Positions 1-20,130 of a DNA stretch of 64,000 nucleotides are shown piece by piece. Every line of letters starts with the position of its first letter. Position 1 is the first letter of the stretch. The notes under the pieces were generated by a model. It made no database searches. It was not told the origin of the DNA and saw only the letters and a program-made list of their open reading frames with translations. A program made the position numbers and the translations under genes. The stretch covers positions 2,306,540 through 2,370,539 of the forward strand of contig NW_019091359.1 in NCBI RefSeq assembly GCF_001949145.1, read 5' to 3'. The stretch is from Acanthaster planci. Taxonomy: Eukaryota.

Positions 1-25
1 TTCACAACAAGGTCCCTAGCAGCGG

Positions 26-8411
<8,386 letters not shown>

Positions 8412-8972
8412 CCTCACGTCTTGATGTTCAGACTTTTCAATAAAGCAACTGGAAAGTTAAATTGCATTACTGTTGGTTTGGGGTCCCAAGGTTAATTATT
8501 TCAAATTTCACAGTCACTGTGGACTTGGACTCTAGATTACTTTTTTTTTACTTAGATTACTGGATTACCTAAAACAAAGGATGTAAGTCGCAGTAGACTA
8601 ACCAGTGAATGTTTGAATTTCATATGAACAGCTTCTCCCATATGCCAAACAACTGCAGATAAAGCTAACAACTGCAGATAAAGCTAACAAAATAATCTGT
8701 CAAGCGAGTCCAATACTTGAAAAGAGATAACCAGACTACATGTACATTGTAGACTAATTTTAAGATGAAATTTGGAAATTAGCAGGTTTTTAAAAAACAT
8801 TTCTTGGTAAGGATAGGCAGAGGAAATGCCTAGCATGACAGCAAGAGCCCCCTTTGGTCTTAAAAAGGTAATTGTAAGGCTTATTGATGTTCTATTCAAA
8901 CTGGGAAAAATGCATGTGAAGTACAGCATGTCTGAAAAAAAAAGAATGGACTTCAGCTCTAGATTTCCTGAA

Positions 8973-9558
8973 GACCACTGTGGGACCCAGGTATGGATGC
9001 AATCCACTGTGGGACCAAGGCATGGAGGCAGACCACTGTGGGACCAAGGCATGGAGGCAGACCACTGTGGGACCAAGGCATGGAGGCAGACCACTGTGGG
9101 ACCAAGGCATGGAGGCAGACCACTGTGGGACCAAGGCATGGAGGCAGTCCACTGTGGGACCAAGGCATGGAGGCAGTCCACTGTGGGACCAGGGTATGGA
9201 TGCAGTCCACCGTGGGACCCAGGTATGGAGGTAGACCACTGTGGGACCCATGAATATATGCAGTCTGCTGTGGGACCCAGGTATGGATGCAATCCACTAT
9301 GGGACCCAGGTATGGAGGCATTTCACTGTGGGACCCCAGGTATGGATGCAGTCCGCTGTGGGACCCCAGGTATGGATGCAGTCCACTGTGGGACCAAGTA
9401 TGGATGCAGTCCGCTGTGGGGCCCAGGTATGGAGGTAGACCACTGTGGGGCCCAGGTATGGAGGTAGACCACTGTGGGACCCAGGTATGGAAGCAGTCCA
9501 CTATGGGACCCAGGTATGGAGGTAGACCACTGTGGGACCCAGGTATGGATGCAGTCCA
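8973..9558. repeat. 28-bp minisatellite (ccactgtgggacccaggtatggaggcagt), about 21 copies
   Basis: Directly visible tandem array. It accounts for the cluster of spurious repetitive ORFs at 8684-9643 and lies upstream of the RTCB ATG, in the probable 5'UTR intron. Confidence 0.95.
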
Positions 9559-10580
9559 ATACCTGGGTCATCTAGGGCTATGGTTATCAAAGCGTTTCCA
9601 AAATATCGAGCCTGGAAAAGGAGGAAGGCTTAAACAGCTGTGACTAGATAGTCGCCTTCACTACCAATTGCGTGATCTTGTCGGTCACAGTTTCAGACAC
9701 AAACACAGACAAATCAGTTATCAATTACAGGCATGATTGGTTGATCTACACGATCGCTCCATCTTTGCGTGTCTGCTGATCTTGTAGCGCTATTTGCTGA
9801 TCAATAATTCTACCTTCCAGCCAGTTCCCTTTTTATCTACCTGGTGGTAGTAGAAAACTGTTTTAAAAAAAGGGAATTGGAGTGGAAAATTTCACACAAT
9901 ATTCACTGATAGCACAACATAGCACTTGTTACTCCCCAACTATAGCAGCTGTCTCAACTATGGGCCTAAAGCAGGTCCAAGAAAAGGACAGTTTCCCAGA
10001 GGGTCCTTTGGTGGGAACTGCACTTCACTCATGAATGACTAATATGTAAGCACTGTGGTCGCATCACTTCCAAAAAAGGAACACTGCCTTGCAACATGGC
10101 TCTTATCAACCAATGAGGGGGTGCTTCAGCTCAAGGCGGACGGTTGGGAGGACTATCCCAACTAAAGTGCTACAGATAAGCCAGTTTAAGCACCGAGTTC
10201 CAGGTGTGCCCAAGCATGAGCCAAAGTCATTTCTTTTATATCAGCAATTTGTGTTTGTAGAATCCAGTTTGTATATGTGTCAAAGATGAAATGCTAGGTT
10301 GGCTTGTTTGGATGTTTTACCAACTATAGTCGGGCCAGTGTAACTCCAGCAGGATGGACACTGCATGAAGACTATCGCTACCCCCAGAACTGTGGGGTTC
10401 AACGTCCGCTACGCTAACGCAGACTAACGCATGACAGCCTACTTCCATACTGAGACCATCTGACCGTGGAGGAAGGAAGACTGACTGATTAAACAAGTTA
10501 AACACATGGAAACAAACTGCTTCACCTAATTGAAAATACCCAACAAATGCAAACAAGAGAAAAACTTGAGTTCAACTTAC

Positions 10581-10795
10581 TAGTAGTACTACTAGCCCAA
10601 GAAGCGATTTTGTTGCCTTCGTTGCGGTTCTCAACTTCTGATGATGACATTAAATATTGCACCATCATTGACACATGTTCAATAATTATTGAAGGGGACA
10701 TTCCGACAGAGGGCGCACTTCATTTCATAACAACTCGTGCCGGTGGTAGGTACCGGTATGGTGCATGCCCCGAAGTTACACGCCGAAACTCACCA
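10581..10795. promoter_or_regulatory. Probable bidirectional promoter / 5' ends of RTCB (-) and UQCC5-UQCC6 (+)
   Basis: A minus-strand donor gtaagt at 10580-10575 (candidate RTCB 5'UTR exon, acceptor at ~8450) faces the UQCC5 ATG at 10796. The region is locally CpG-enriched, with a CTCF-like motif CCGACAGAGGGCGCAC at 10703-10718. Confidence 0.5.
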
Positions 10796-11559
10796 ATGTT
10801 TTACAGCCGACGATTCCGAAACCTCCTCAACAAGTGGCCAGGGAAGCGAATGTTTGGGATCTACCGCTTCTTGCCCGTGTTTTTCGTTGCAGGGGCGGCA
10901 CTGGAATGGGTTATGATCAACGCACGCATCGCACCCGGCAGAGAAACTTTTTGTAAGTCGTGTACGGTAACTGCTGTGTCAAAATGTATAACCATGTACA
11001 AGAAGTGTCCTGAATGGGCGCCAGACTAAATAAACCCGTTGAATATGCAATGTGTAGCTTTGTATGCATTTTCAAAACTTTTAAAGATGAGATGACTGCC
11101 TCGCATCTTTAGAAATAAAAGTGTCAGCAAAAGTCAATGAAATCCATTTGCCATCCTGGAAAAATATGCAACATTGGAAAAAAGGGGGCCTCCTTTCTTC
11201 AAATAACTCCGACAAGAAACTGTAATTTTTCGAATGCCTTTTCCAAATTTGTGTATCTCTTGATCAGTTGACCTCCATGTACTGTTGCTTCTCGGCACTG
11301 TCTTGTCCCACCACTTTTAGAGATAAGTTCACAGACCCTGTGACAATCTTTCTTTCCCCTCTGACAGTTTGATTACGCCAGTGTTACATCTTGCATAATT
11401 CCATGGCTTTTGTTTAAAAAGCTGCGTGTGGGATTCACACAGGGTTTCACACATTCACAGAGGGTTTTTCCCTCCCTACTTCCAGATGATGTTTACCGGA
11501 GAAAGGAAGCTGAGAGGCAGTATGCAGAGAAGCTAGCTGAAACGGCAGAGGACAGCTGA
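10796..11559 (+). CDS. UQCC5: Ubiquinol-cytochrome c reductase complex assembly factor 5 (SMIM4 / Drosophila Sloth1 homolog), 76 aa
   Basis: Exons 10796-10952 (donor gtaagt) and 11486-11559 (acceptor ttccag): MFYSRRFRNLLNKWPGKRMFGIYRFLPVFFVAGAALEWVMINARIAPGRETF-YDVYRRKEAERQYAEKLAETAEDS*. Matches SMIM4 motifs PGK-FGIYRFLP-FF-G-EW-MI and ETFYDVYRRK-ERQY. Confidence 0.95.
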
Positions 11560-11824
11560 GAAGTGTGATCCATGTCAGCACGTCTAGACTGAAATCCAGT
11601 CTTATTGCCAACCCGAGGCTGGTGGTGAAGAATATTACAGAGGGCTGTTGATCTACACTAATTGAACTGTTACATGTGATTCCAAGAAAGGGAAACTGGA
11701 TGTACATTTTTCTTGAACCAATCCAGCAGCAAAACATAGCCTACCAAAGCTAAGCAAACAAGGCATCAGACTGTTTAACTAATGGACTGTGCGAGAGTGT
11801 ACAGGTGCCGGATTCCTTAGCAAA

Positions 11825-12476
11825 ATGCCAGCGGGTGTTGACTGGATTCCATATCTGAAGTTCCTAGCCGCAGGAATGCTGTCCATGATGGCTGGGGCGC
11901 AAGCTGTGCACGCTTACTACAAGCCAGACATGGTAAACAACCCATTACTCCAAACTTTGCTACACTGTAGCAAACCAGCCTCCGTCAATAAAGTCGATAG
12001 ACCTCCGTACTGATGACGCCACATTTTGGATGTCAAAAATATTTTGATCAGCGTGCCGCGAGCAGCTGCAGCACATTACAGTGCTTTATTTTAGTTTTCA
12101 AGTTTCAATGTGCTCTGCCATAATTCTCAGTGGACTGTAGGCCCCTACTGGCTCCACAGAAAAGTGCTCAAGTAAACAAAATGTGAGATCGTGAGTATAA
12201 GGGCCTGTTTGCTCGTCCAGGGGCATAATGTCAGTCAATTTCTGCTAACAATCGGTTGTATGAGTTAAAAACGTCAAGCTTGTTAACATTGTGAAGTGTA
12301 GAATTGTTACCGTTCTCATGATACATGTAACAAGGTATCTTTGTTCTTTTTCTTGGTAGTCAATACCTGATGTGCCTCCAGCACGAGGTGAACTAGGACA
12401 GTTACGAGATGAAGCTAGAAAAGAGAGAGAAGAAGCAAGACCAACAAAACAGACGGAAGAAGATCGGCAAAGATAG
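11825..12476 (+). CDS. UQCC6: Ubiquinol-cytochrome c reductase complex assembly factor 6 (C12orf73 / BRAWNIN / Sloth2 homolog), 74 aa
   Basis: Exons 11825-11932 and 12360-12476: MPAGVDWIPYLKFLAAGMLSMMAGAQAVHAYYKPDM-SIPDVPPARGELGQLRDEARKEREEARPTKQTEEDRQR*. Matches the BRAWNIN pattern MPAGV..YLK..AA..L.M.AGA..VH.YY.PD..IP..PP.RGEL. First downstream AATAAA is at 12911. Confidence 0.93.
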
Positions 12477-13895
12477 CACAGCCCCGTACTTCTGTTTTAG
12501 GAAATAATTTTGAATAATTAATAGAGCATTTAAAGCTGATGGTGCCAGAGGAAATGCATTTGACAGCTTCATCAGTTTTTAAGGCCTAGTTTTATGTGCG
12601 TGTGGATCGAGTGCGTTTTCAATAGTTCTGATCCTGCGTGTTAAGCTGCTAACTTCTATTTATGCATTTTTTAAAGTTAGATTTTATTTGAACATGAATG
12701 ATAAGTTATGCTGACCAGTCAACGAATCGTCAGTCAGTTCAGAGTGAATGTGTATGACTTACTCATCTTAATGGTCAGTTGAATTTGCCAATCAGTCAGA
12801 TGGCCTCAAAAATCACCACTCTATTGAAGGACAGCATGTAGTTGGATGAAAGGTTAAATTTTGATTGAGAAGGTTTCGGACTGTTATCATAACTTTAAGC
12901 TTCACCAAGTAATAAAACAAGTTGGTTTTACATCCTCAAGTTAACATTATTTGTACCAAAACTTTTAATCAGCAAATCATGACCTTCTTTCCCGTTGTGG
13001 AAGATCACAAAGTTAACCCCCTAAAATCTATGGAAACCTTCAATTTAGACAATTTACAACTTGGACGATTCCAGTCGTCTGTATGGTACTTGAATGAAGG
13101 GGGAAAACTGATATCTTAAAGTACCTTTTCAAACATAAATATACAATATTTACAGTACATTTCAACAAATTTGGTTATGACAAAAACATGGTTGATGCGG
13201 TGAACAGTCTTGTATTGAGGACAAGAAACACAATGAAATTGATATCTACAAACACGTTAGATTTACCTCCAAGTCAAATACAGTGAAATCAGTGTAGAAG
13301 TGTCAACATGGAAATTGGTTGCATAATACTTTGTCACAAACAGGACAATTTCCATGTGTTAAAAGCCACACTAGAAAGAGAGTTCTCAGTACCAGTGTAG
13401 AGAAGATGGAAAAATAGTCGGCCCCCTCCCCTTCTCATTTAGCTCTGCCTCCTGTTCCAGTGTATTAATCCACACACCTTACCCCTTTGTGTACATAATG
13501 GATTACCCCAGACCTCCCCATCAGGGAGGGGCAAGATATGAGCTCATTACTTATTCAACAATGGCCCTACCAGCATGTATGAAAGCCACATGTTTATTTC
13601 TTTCCTGCCAGCCTTGCTTGATAAGTGTTCATTGTTTCACTCAACTGAGTCATCAGGTGTCTAAGGTAACACATAGCTGTACCACTTCTGGTTACCACAT
13701 GGTGTCGTACCAGCAACAATTCCTGCAGGTACTACACTTGTTACACATCAACTACAAGTAGTCGGTATGACAAATCCAACAGTTGCTGTTGACACTGGTC
13801 CGTACATGCACATGCGTGAATTGGCACGAAACAGAGAAGGCATAATTGGTGCAGAAAGCATGAAAACACCTGCCGCCCGTGATTTCTCATGACTG

Positions 13896-16800
13896 TCACA
13901 GGTGAAAGGGTACCAGCTTGATTCGCTGGCAGGCCTGCGGATGGCGCAAGGCAATTCCACATCTCAACAGCAGCTCCACGTAAGGAGGCCAGAAAGACTC
14001 GTCCAAGGTGATGTAGGGATCTGGTTCATCGTCTGTGCACTTGTTCATGAGTATCTGACAGAGGAAAGGAATCCATGCAGGACAAGACATAAAAAAGATG
14101 GAAGAGTAGATTTAACTTAATGTGACAGTGTGCATGCCTTTGAACAGAAACATTTGAACGGAGCTTCAAATCACTTAAACTGCCAAGACTTCTGGCAAGG
14201 AATTCCTGTATCACACCAATATTTAGGAATGATTTGTTTTCGTATTGAAATACAGTAAACTCTGGCTAAGTCGGAATTCTTGTGCTGTAAGTTGTCGTTT
14301 TGCTGACTTGCACGTACACATGTATTGTCCATGTACATTATGATTCCTTGCACTAATTCAATGGCTTTGATTTACCCTGGTTTATTTCTACCTCCATGGT
14401 CGATCCCAGCAAATTTGTTCTCAATTATTATCCTCACAGGCTGCAAATTCGATAATTGATCATGTGCCCCTAAGGAGGAAGCGAGGACGGCAAGCCACCT
14501 GCACATCACATCACGACTGCATAGTGCATGACGTACATGTACGTGATACAGTTACGGTACATACAACACACGCATTGGTTAAGTTCGTTCAATAGGGCAA
14601 CCCCCAAATGGACATGGCGCATGCGTGTAGCACTAGAGGGGTTACTGGTATTGATGTACTCATGCTGGCTGATTATCAACCACGGCCTGTACTGTGATGC
14701 TAATAAACAGACATCAGTCAAGCAGCGTGGGACTTGTCAATTCTAGGCAACCACGGCGAAGGAAACTGATAAAGAAGCACAATTTTTTTTTTAATTCCGA
14801 CTTACACAAAGGAATTATTGTGGTTTTGTAGAAAAGGGACCGAGAAAAACATGCCAACTTATACAAAATGACGACTTATAAATGCCGACTTAGAAATGAA
14901 ATTTTCAATAGAAATGCATTACAGATGATCAGGACTTTTGTCAAACGGCCAACTTGGATGATATGACAGGTTACGCGATGCCAACTTAGAGTTTACTGTA
15001 TGCTTTCCACGGGAGGATAAAAAGAGCCCACTAGCTAAGTAGCAATGGCTAGGCACTTCCCAAATCTTGCAAACTCCTCAAAACAATTTGATGGATTTCA
15101 AAGGATCTTGGAGGGTTAAGGTTAACCACCTGCTTTAAAAGTTTGGTTTTATAACTGGCAGTGTGTCATTTCCCACAGCAGCATGATTATCTTGAACTCC
15201 ATGCTCAAATGTTTCTGGCTTCCAAACAAAACCACTTCCTAATTTAGATGTCTCACAAGTTACCTGGCCACAGACAGGCACTCTAGGAAAATTACTTATG
15301 ATCCTCACCTCTAGAATCTCCAGAAGAGATATATATCGATGTTGCTCATCGTCTGACTCTGTCGAGCTTCGTCTCTGTTTAAAGTAATAAGACATTTCCA
15401 TTTGTAATTACCTCTGTTGAATTAAGGGGCAGCTCCTAACAAGTTTTTTTTTGGGGGGGGCCAAAATAACTAGAAATTTCTCTACGCCATTTTTATAGAC
15501 TTTTTGAGGGGGGACGCTGAATTGTGTAGCTTTTTACATACTTTAGAAGACAAGAAAATAAGAAAGTCGTATAAAATCACCTTTTTTCATTGCTTTTCAA
15601 AACAAAAATATCGGCTTTTTGGGTTGGAGAGAAGGGGGCATACCCCCCGTAGTCCATCCGGGATCCACCAATGGTTGAGTTTGACCCAAGTTCTGTTTTT
15701 AAATGCCACTGCTCAAAAAGAGATCGCATTCAAAAATGAATGCACTTCATGATGTTGAAGGAAAACTCAGTCCGAAGAAAACTGGAGACACACATCAACA
15801 AAAAAGACACAAACACAATCTCTTGCTTGGGCAAGGACGCCAGCACACTGAATGCTGACTGAATGCTGTTCTTTCAGACAAAATGGAAGAATGGTTGGAG
15901 CTGTTCACATACCCTTTTACTCGCTTTGTTGACGTCTGCCGTGGAAGGGAGGGGAAAATGCAGGGTGGCAAACTTGGCGAGATTACGCATCAACTCTTGT
16001 TGGATCTCGACAGCACGCTGTCTCTTCCTCGTTAACTCCCTCAAACTCCTATCGCTGTATGAAACAAGATGGATATTGTGTTACTTTGGCTCACACCTGA
16101 CTGGTTCTATACAAGCAATAACAACAGAAGTTTGTAAAAACAGAAAATGGCCCACAATTTAAACAGGTCTTTCACATAGAAGGGAGATGTCTTTTCTTTG
16201 TTACAAATTTGATTTTTTTTAGGCAACATGTATTTCCACCAAGCAGGTGAAATACAAAGATGTTTCCATCAAATCCTTCCTCTTCACCATGGCAACAAAC
16301 AGTACACTATCATCAGCTGCTCTCTTACCCTTGTCTTAAATCATCTGCACGTCTGGAGATCTCCAGTGATCATAATCAGGTCGAGAATGGAAAATCTGAA
16401 TGGCCTATTTTAAGCATGTTATTGTCAGTCAAGTACCTGTCGTGCTGCTCTTGGCTTGCATCCTTGGCTGCTTCCAATTTCTGTACCAGGCTCTGGTGGA
16501 CTTGCTTGTGTTGTTCCAACAAACTTCTTTCTCTGGAGAGTAAGTAACTTGCTTCTTAGCGTATGAATTAAGTGGTAGGAAAGCGGATGTGCCTAACTTT
16601 GCAACAGTGTTTCAAACTTCAAACTAATAATGACAACAAAAGGGTGAAGTCACAATACTGATTAAATAACACTTTTACTTGAATCTGAAAATTTCAAAAG
16701 GGGAATATATTAAATTTGAGAGCTAATAATGACTAATACATGTACCAAAGATGGGGAGTGCACTTGTAACAGTGACCCAAGATGACACTAGCAAGATTTC

Positions 16801-19800
16801 ACTTCTGAAGTTAGGGTGATTCTTCATTGCTTTATTTTGACAAATCTCTACACAGGGACAAAAAGCAAATCTAACTTATCTTAGCACAAGACTGCATCAT
16901 ACATGTACTTCCCAAGAGTGGATTAGAACCAGAAAACCAAAACTTGTAAGCTCAGGTGTCGAGAAGTTGAGTTGAATGAGAAAGAAAGCACTGTTTTAAG
17001 TCCCAAGAAAGACCATAAAATTCTCCCAATTCAACCTCTACTTGTTGGTCCTTTCCAGGAAAGTTATGTTCCAAGCAACACACAGATCATCAAAGATTAA
17101 AATAAATCCAAGTACTAAATGCAAACAATGAATATAATTCAAATTACCACAAAAATTACAGTTTAACATCTCTAATCATGAAAACAGGACTGTTTGGGCA
17201 TTAGCATATGTTAATGAAATTAGAGATGTTAGCAACAATACAGATCATAGGGACGGCTTATGGAAAAGGGAAAAATTCACTGAGGTAAATGATTGTTTTA
17301 GCCCTTACCAAATGAATACCAAATATTAAATAAACAGCTCAGAATGTACTCCAAATTACTGTACCAATTACATTTTAACTTGACCACACAGGTTCTAGTT
17401 AATTCTAAGCGTGCACACTACCTGTTTGAATGAAAGCAACAGCATCCCGTGAGTCTGACAATCCCCATGTGTGCAACGCTCTGCACGCTCACGATACATT
17501 CAACGCAAACCTACTTCTCATGGGAGCCTGGTATATGCTAGTGACAACATTCAAGTTCTCAGTCCAGCCTCTGAGTGCAAATGGTGGCGTACCAGGAGGG
17601 ACAAATACTTGTTTGGAAAGTTGTTACCTTCACTACTCATGTATCGACCACAAACACCACCCACCTGTTCAGTTCCTCTTCCAACTCTTTCCTCTGAGCC
17701 TGTATAACGTCAAGTGTTTGCTGCAGCTGTGCAGTTGAAGTCTCCAGCTCTTCTTGCAACAGAACTCTCAGCGTGTTTGTGTCCACAGGGTACGCTGAAT
17801 GAGCAATACAAATTTTACAGGCTAGTCTCAAGAAGCTGGTGAGCACATGGCAATGTGCCATGAAAGTTTACCAGCCACAAATGTCATAAACTGGTACCTG
17901 GCTGGTTCCCCACTTGTTTTGATTTAACAAGTGAATTCACTGTATTTTCTACTGAGCGACCCACGTGACAGCCAATGACAGCACTTCCTGATTTTGACTG
18001 TGCATGTTACTCACCTCACAGTCAAGCCGAAAGACCTCTTTTATCTATAAGGATGACACCGCAGTTTGTTTACATGTCAGCTTTCAAATGGCTCTCAATA
18101 GAGAGTAAGCCACTAATGGCTCCATATAAAAGTGCATACGTAAATAAAGAGTGTTGGGATCAGTAAAGAAGCCAATTTTCAATAGAATGTGCACAAAAAA
18201 TGTACCGAACAGTGACTGCCTTTTTGCCAATCTAGGAATGAAGACAAGTGAATGGTTGCTTAATACTTCCATATTTTGACCTCTTCAAGAATTTGGACAC
18301 GGAACCCACGTGTGCTTTCGACACTTATAACTACTTGTACAGTGCCATTGTTACTGGCAGATTTTCAAACAGGTCAGAATGTTCTTGGTTGGGTAGCAGC
18401 CATGTAATGACAATACCTTCAAGAGGCGTGTTCTTTAAGACATGGAGCTCTCCTGCCAACTGCTTCTCCTTTGCCTTGCTAACTTCCAGTATCTTCAAAG
18501 ATAAAAAGAAGAATCTTTAACAGTTCGATGAGAAAATATTGGCAACTAAAAATCATGAACACTTTGAAACTTCAGTTTAGCGATAGTCTTTCAATTAAGA
18601 AAACAACAGATGTGGAAAATATAGCATCTACACTGTACTATGCTGGGCAGTTCTGGATTGCAATCAGAGGTCCTTTGTTGGCTCACTGACAGCACAGCCT
18701 GCATAATGGATAGAGCGAACCAGAGTTGGCATCACTGATCGAGATCAAGATCCGTGTGAAACAAACAAGGCCACTGTTTAGCACCAGAAATGCTGAACTT
18801 TTATCTACCTGTACTTTTGCGGAATATTTACACTGACCTGACTTTCAGCTGAGCTGAGGGTACCCAGGGGTTTTAGCTTTGATAAATCAGTGTGAACCTG
18901 TATACCAAAAAAGAAAAAATATAAATTTACATTTAACAAAAAATATGGCGTTTGTTTTCATTTGCCTCTAGCTTTTGGAATAGAGTCTAAAAGAATTTCA
19001 AAATCCTCAATGCCAAGTTCTGCTCGAGGTAGGCTATGGTGAGAAAATGATTTCCATTGTTTTAAGCACAATGATGTTGAGATCATTGCATAAAGCATGA
19101 GGCCTCACCAACTACACATTCTGAGCAGCCTCTGCTTACTTGAACGCCCTCAACGCTGGCAAAGAACAAGGCCTGGCAGGGCCATCTCATTGCTACCATA
19201 CATCTGTCGATCTATCTGCTACTATAGGCCTAGTTGATCACATTTTCTCATTCATTATATGGTACAGCAGATTATTTTGAAAAGTAAAAATTGACCAGCA
19301 AGATCTGCTTGCGGGTGTGACCGACATTTCAGTCGGATTAATCCACCATGCCAAACATCCATACATGCCATACATGGAACTGCACATTCAAAGACTGAGA
19401 TTTAGCTTACCTGATTGACATCAGACCATATCTTCTCACACTGGTTGTGCAGGTGCTTTTGGGACGTCATTATTTCCTTACCAGATGACATTCCTGTGTT
19501 CAGTGCAATCTACGATTGAAACAGTCTCTGAGTGAGACTTTAGACATGACAGATATGAAAGAAAATTATGGTTTTATATTAATTATGTTCTAGACACTCT
19601 ATAGTATGAGACTGGTCTGAAGTATTTTTTAAGTAGGCATGGTAGGGATGGTAGTAGCCCCACTATCGGGGCACGGACCCTCGCTACTGCTCCACGGAGC
19701 TTTAGTGAGGGTCCGTGCCCAATACTAGTTATAGGGTTTGTTCTTCAATTAAAATTTAATTTTTTGAGATTAGTGATGCCCGTATATGACGCTAACTTAT

Positions 19801-20130
19801 ACTGGGGGCCCATTCAACCGTATAAACCTACACGTATGCCATGGTTTACAGGTTTATTTTCATGACTTTGTAGTCACAAAAATGTGACGTACGGTCGATC
19901 GTCATGCATCAACTTCAATGATCAAAACGTAGTCGATCGTTCGTCACATCAAGCATGTCAATGACAACATTTTTCTCTTTGCATTTACGAGTAAATTACA
20001 CGTTTTTCCAGAGATTTTTGGGCAAAACATTAGCAGACAGCTAAATTCTCTGTAAGGCTTAATATAAAAGATAACCTGTTTAAATTGTGATAACAACGAT
20101 AAACGCTCACTGTGTGACCGAGCTTACCAT
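13896..20130 (-). CDS. CENPK: Centromere protein K (CCAN CENP-H/I/K/M subunit), 269-276 aa
   Basis: Exons: 20128-20130 (ATG only, optional; alternative start MSSGK in the next exon), 19411-19509, 18838-18897, 18417-18492, 17665-17794, 16437-16532, 15913-16054, 15309-15374, 13896-14054. All GT-AG and in phase. Coiled-coil body, HFPLP motif and C-terminal DPYITLDESFWPPYVELLLRCGIALRHP...RIKL.PFH typical of CENP-K. Confidence 0.93.

Noticed and set aside
8684..9643. Many overlapping 65-213 aa ORFs and a CRISPR-like periodic appearance
   Set aside because: Pure head-to-tail 28-bp tandem repeat with no unique spacers, in a eukaryotic intron. The ORFs are by-products of the repeat.
10547..11029. 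160-aa ORF as a single-exon gene
   Set aside because: Only 10796-10952 is SMIM4-like. The rest is promoter sequence and intron read-through.
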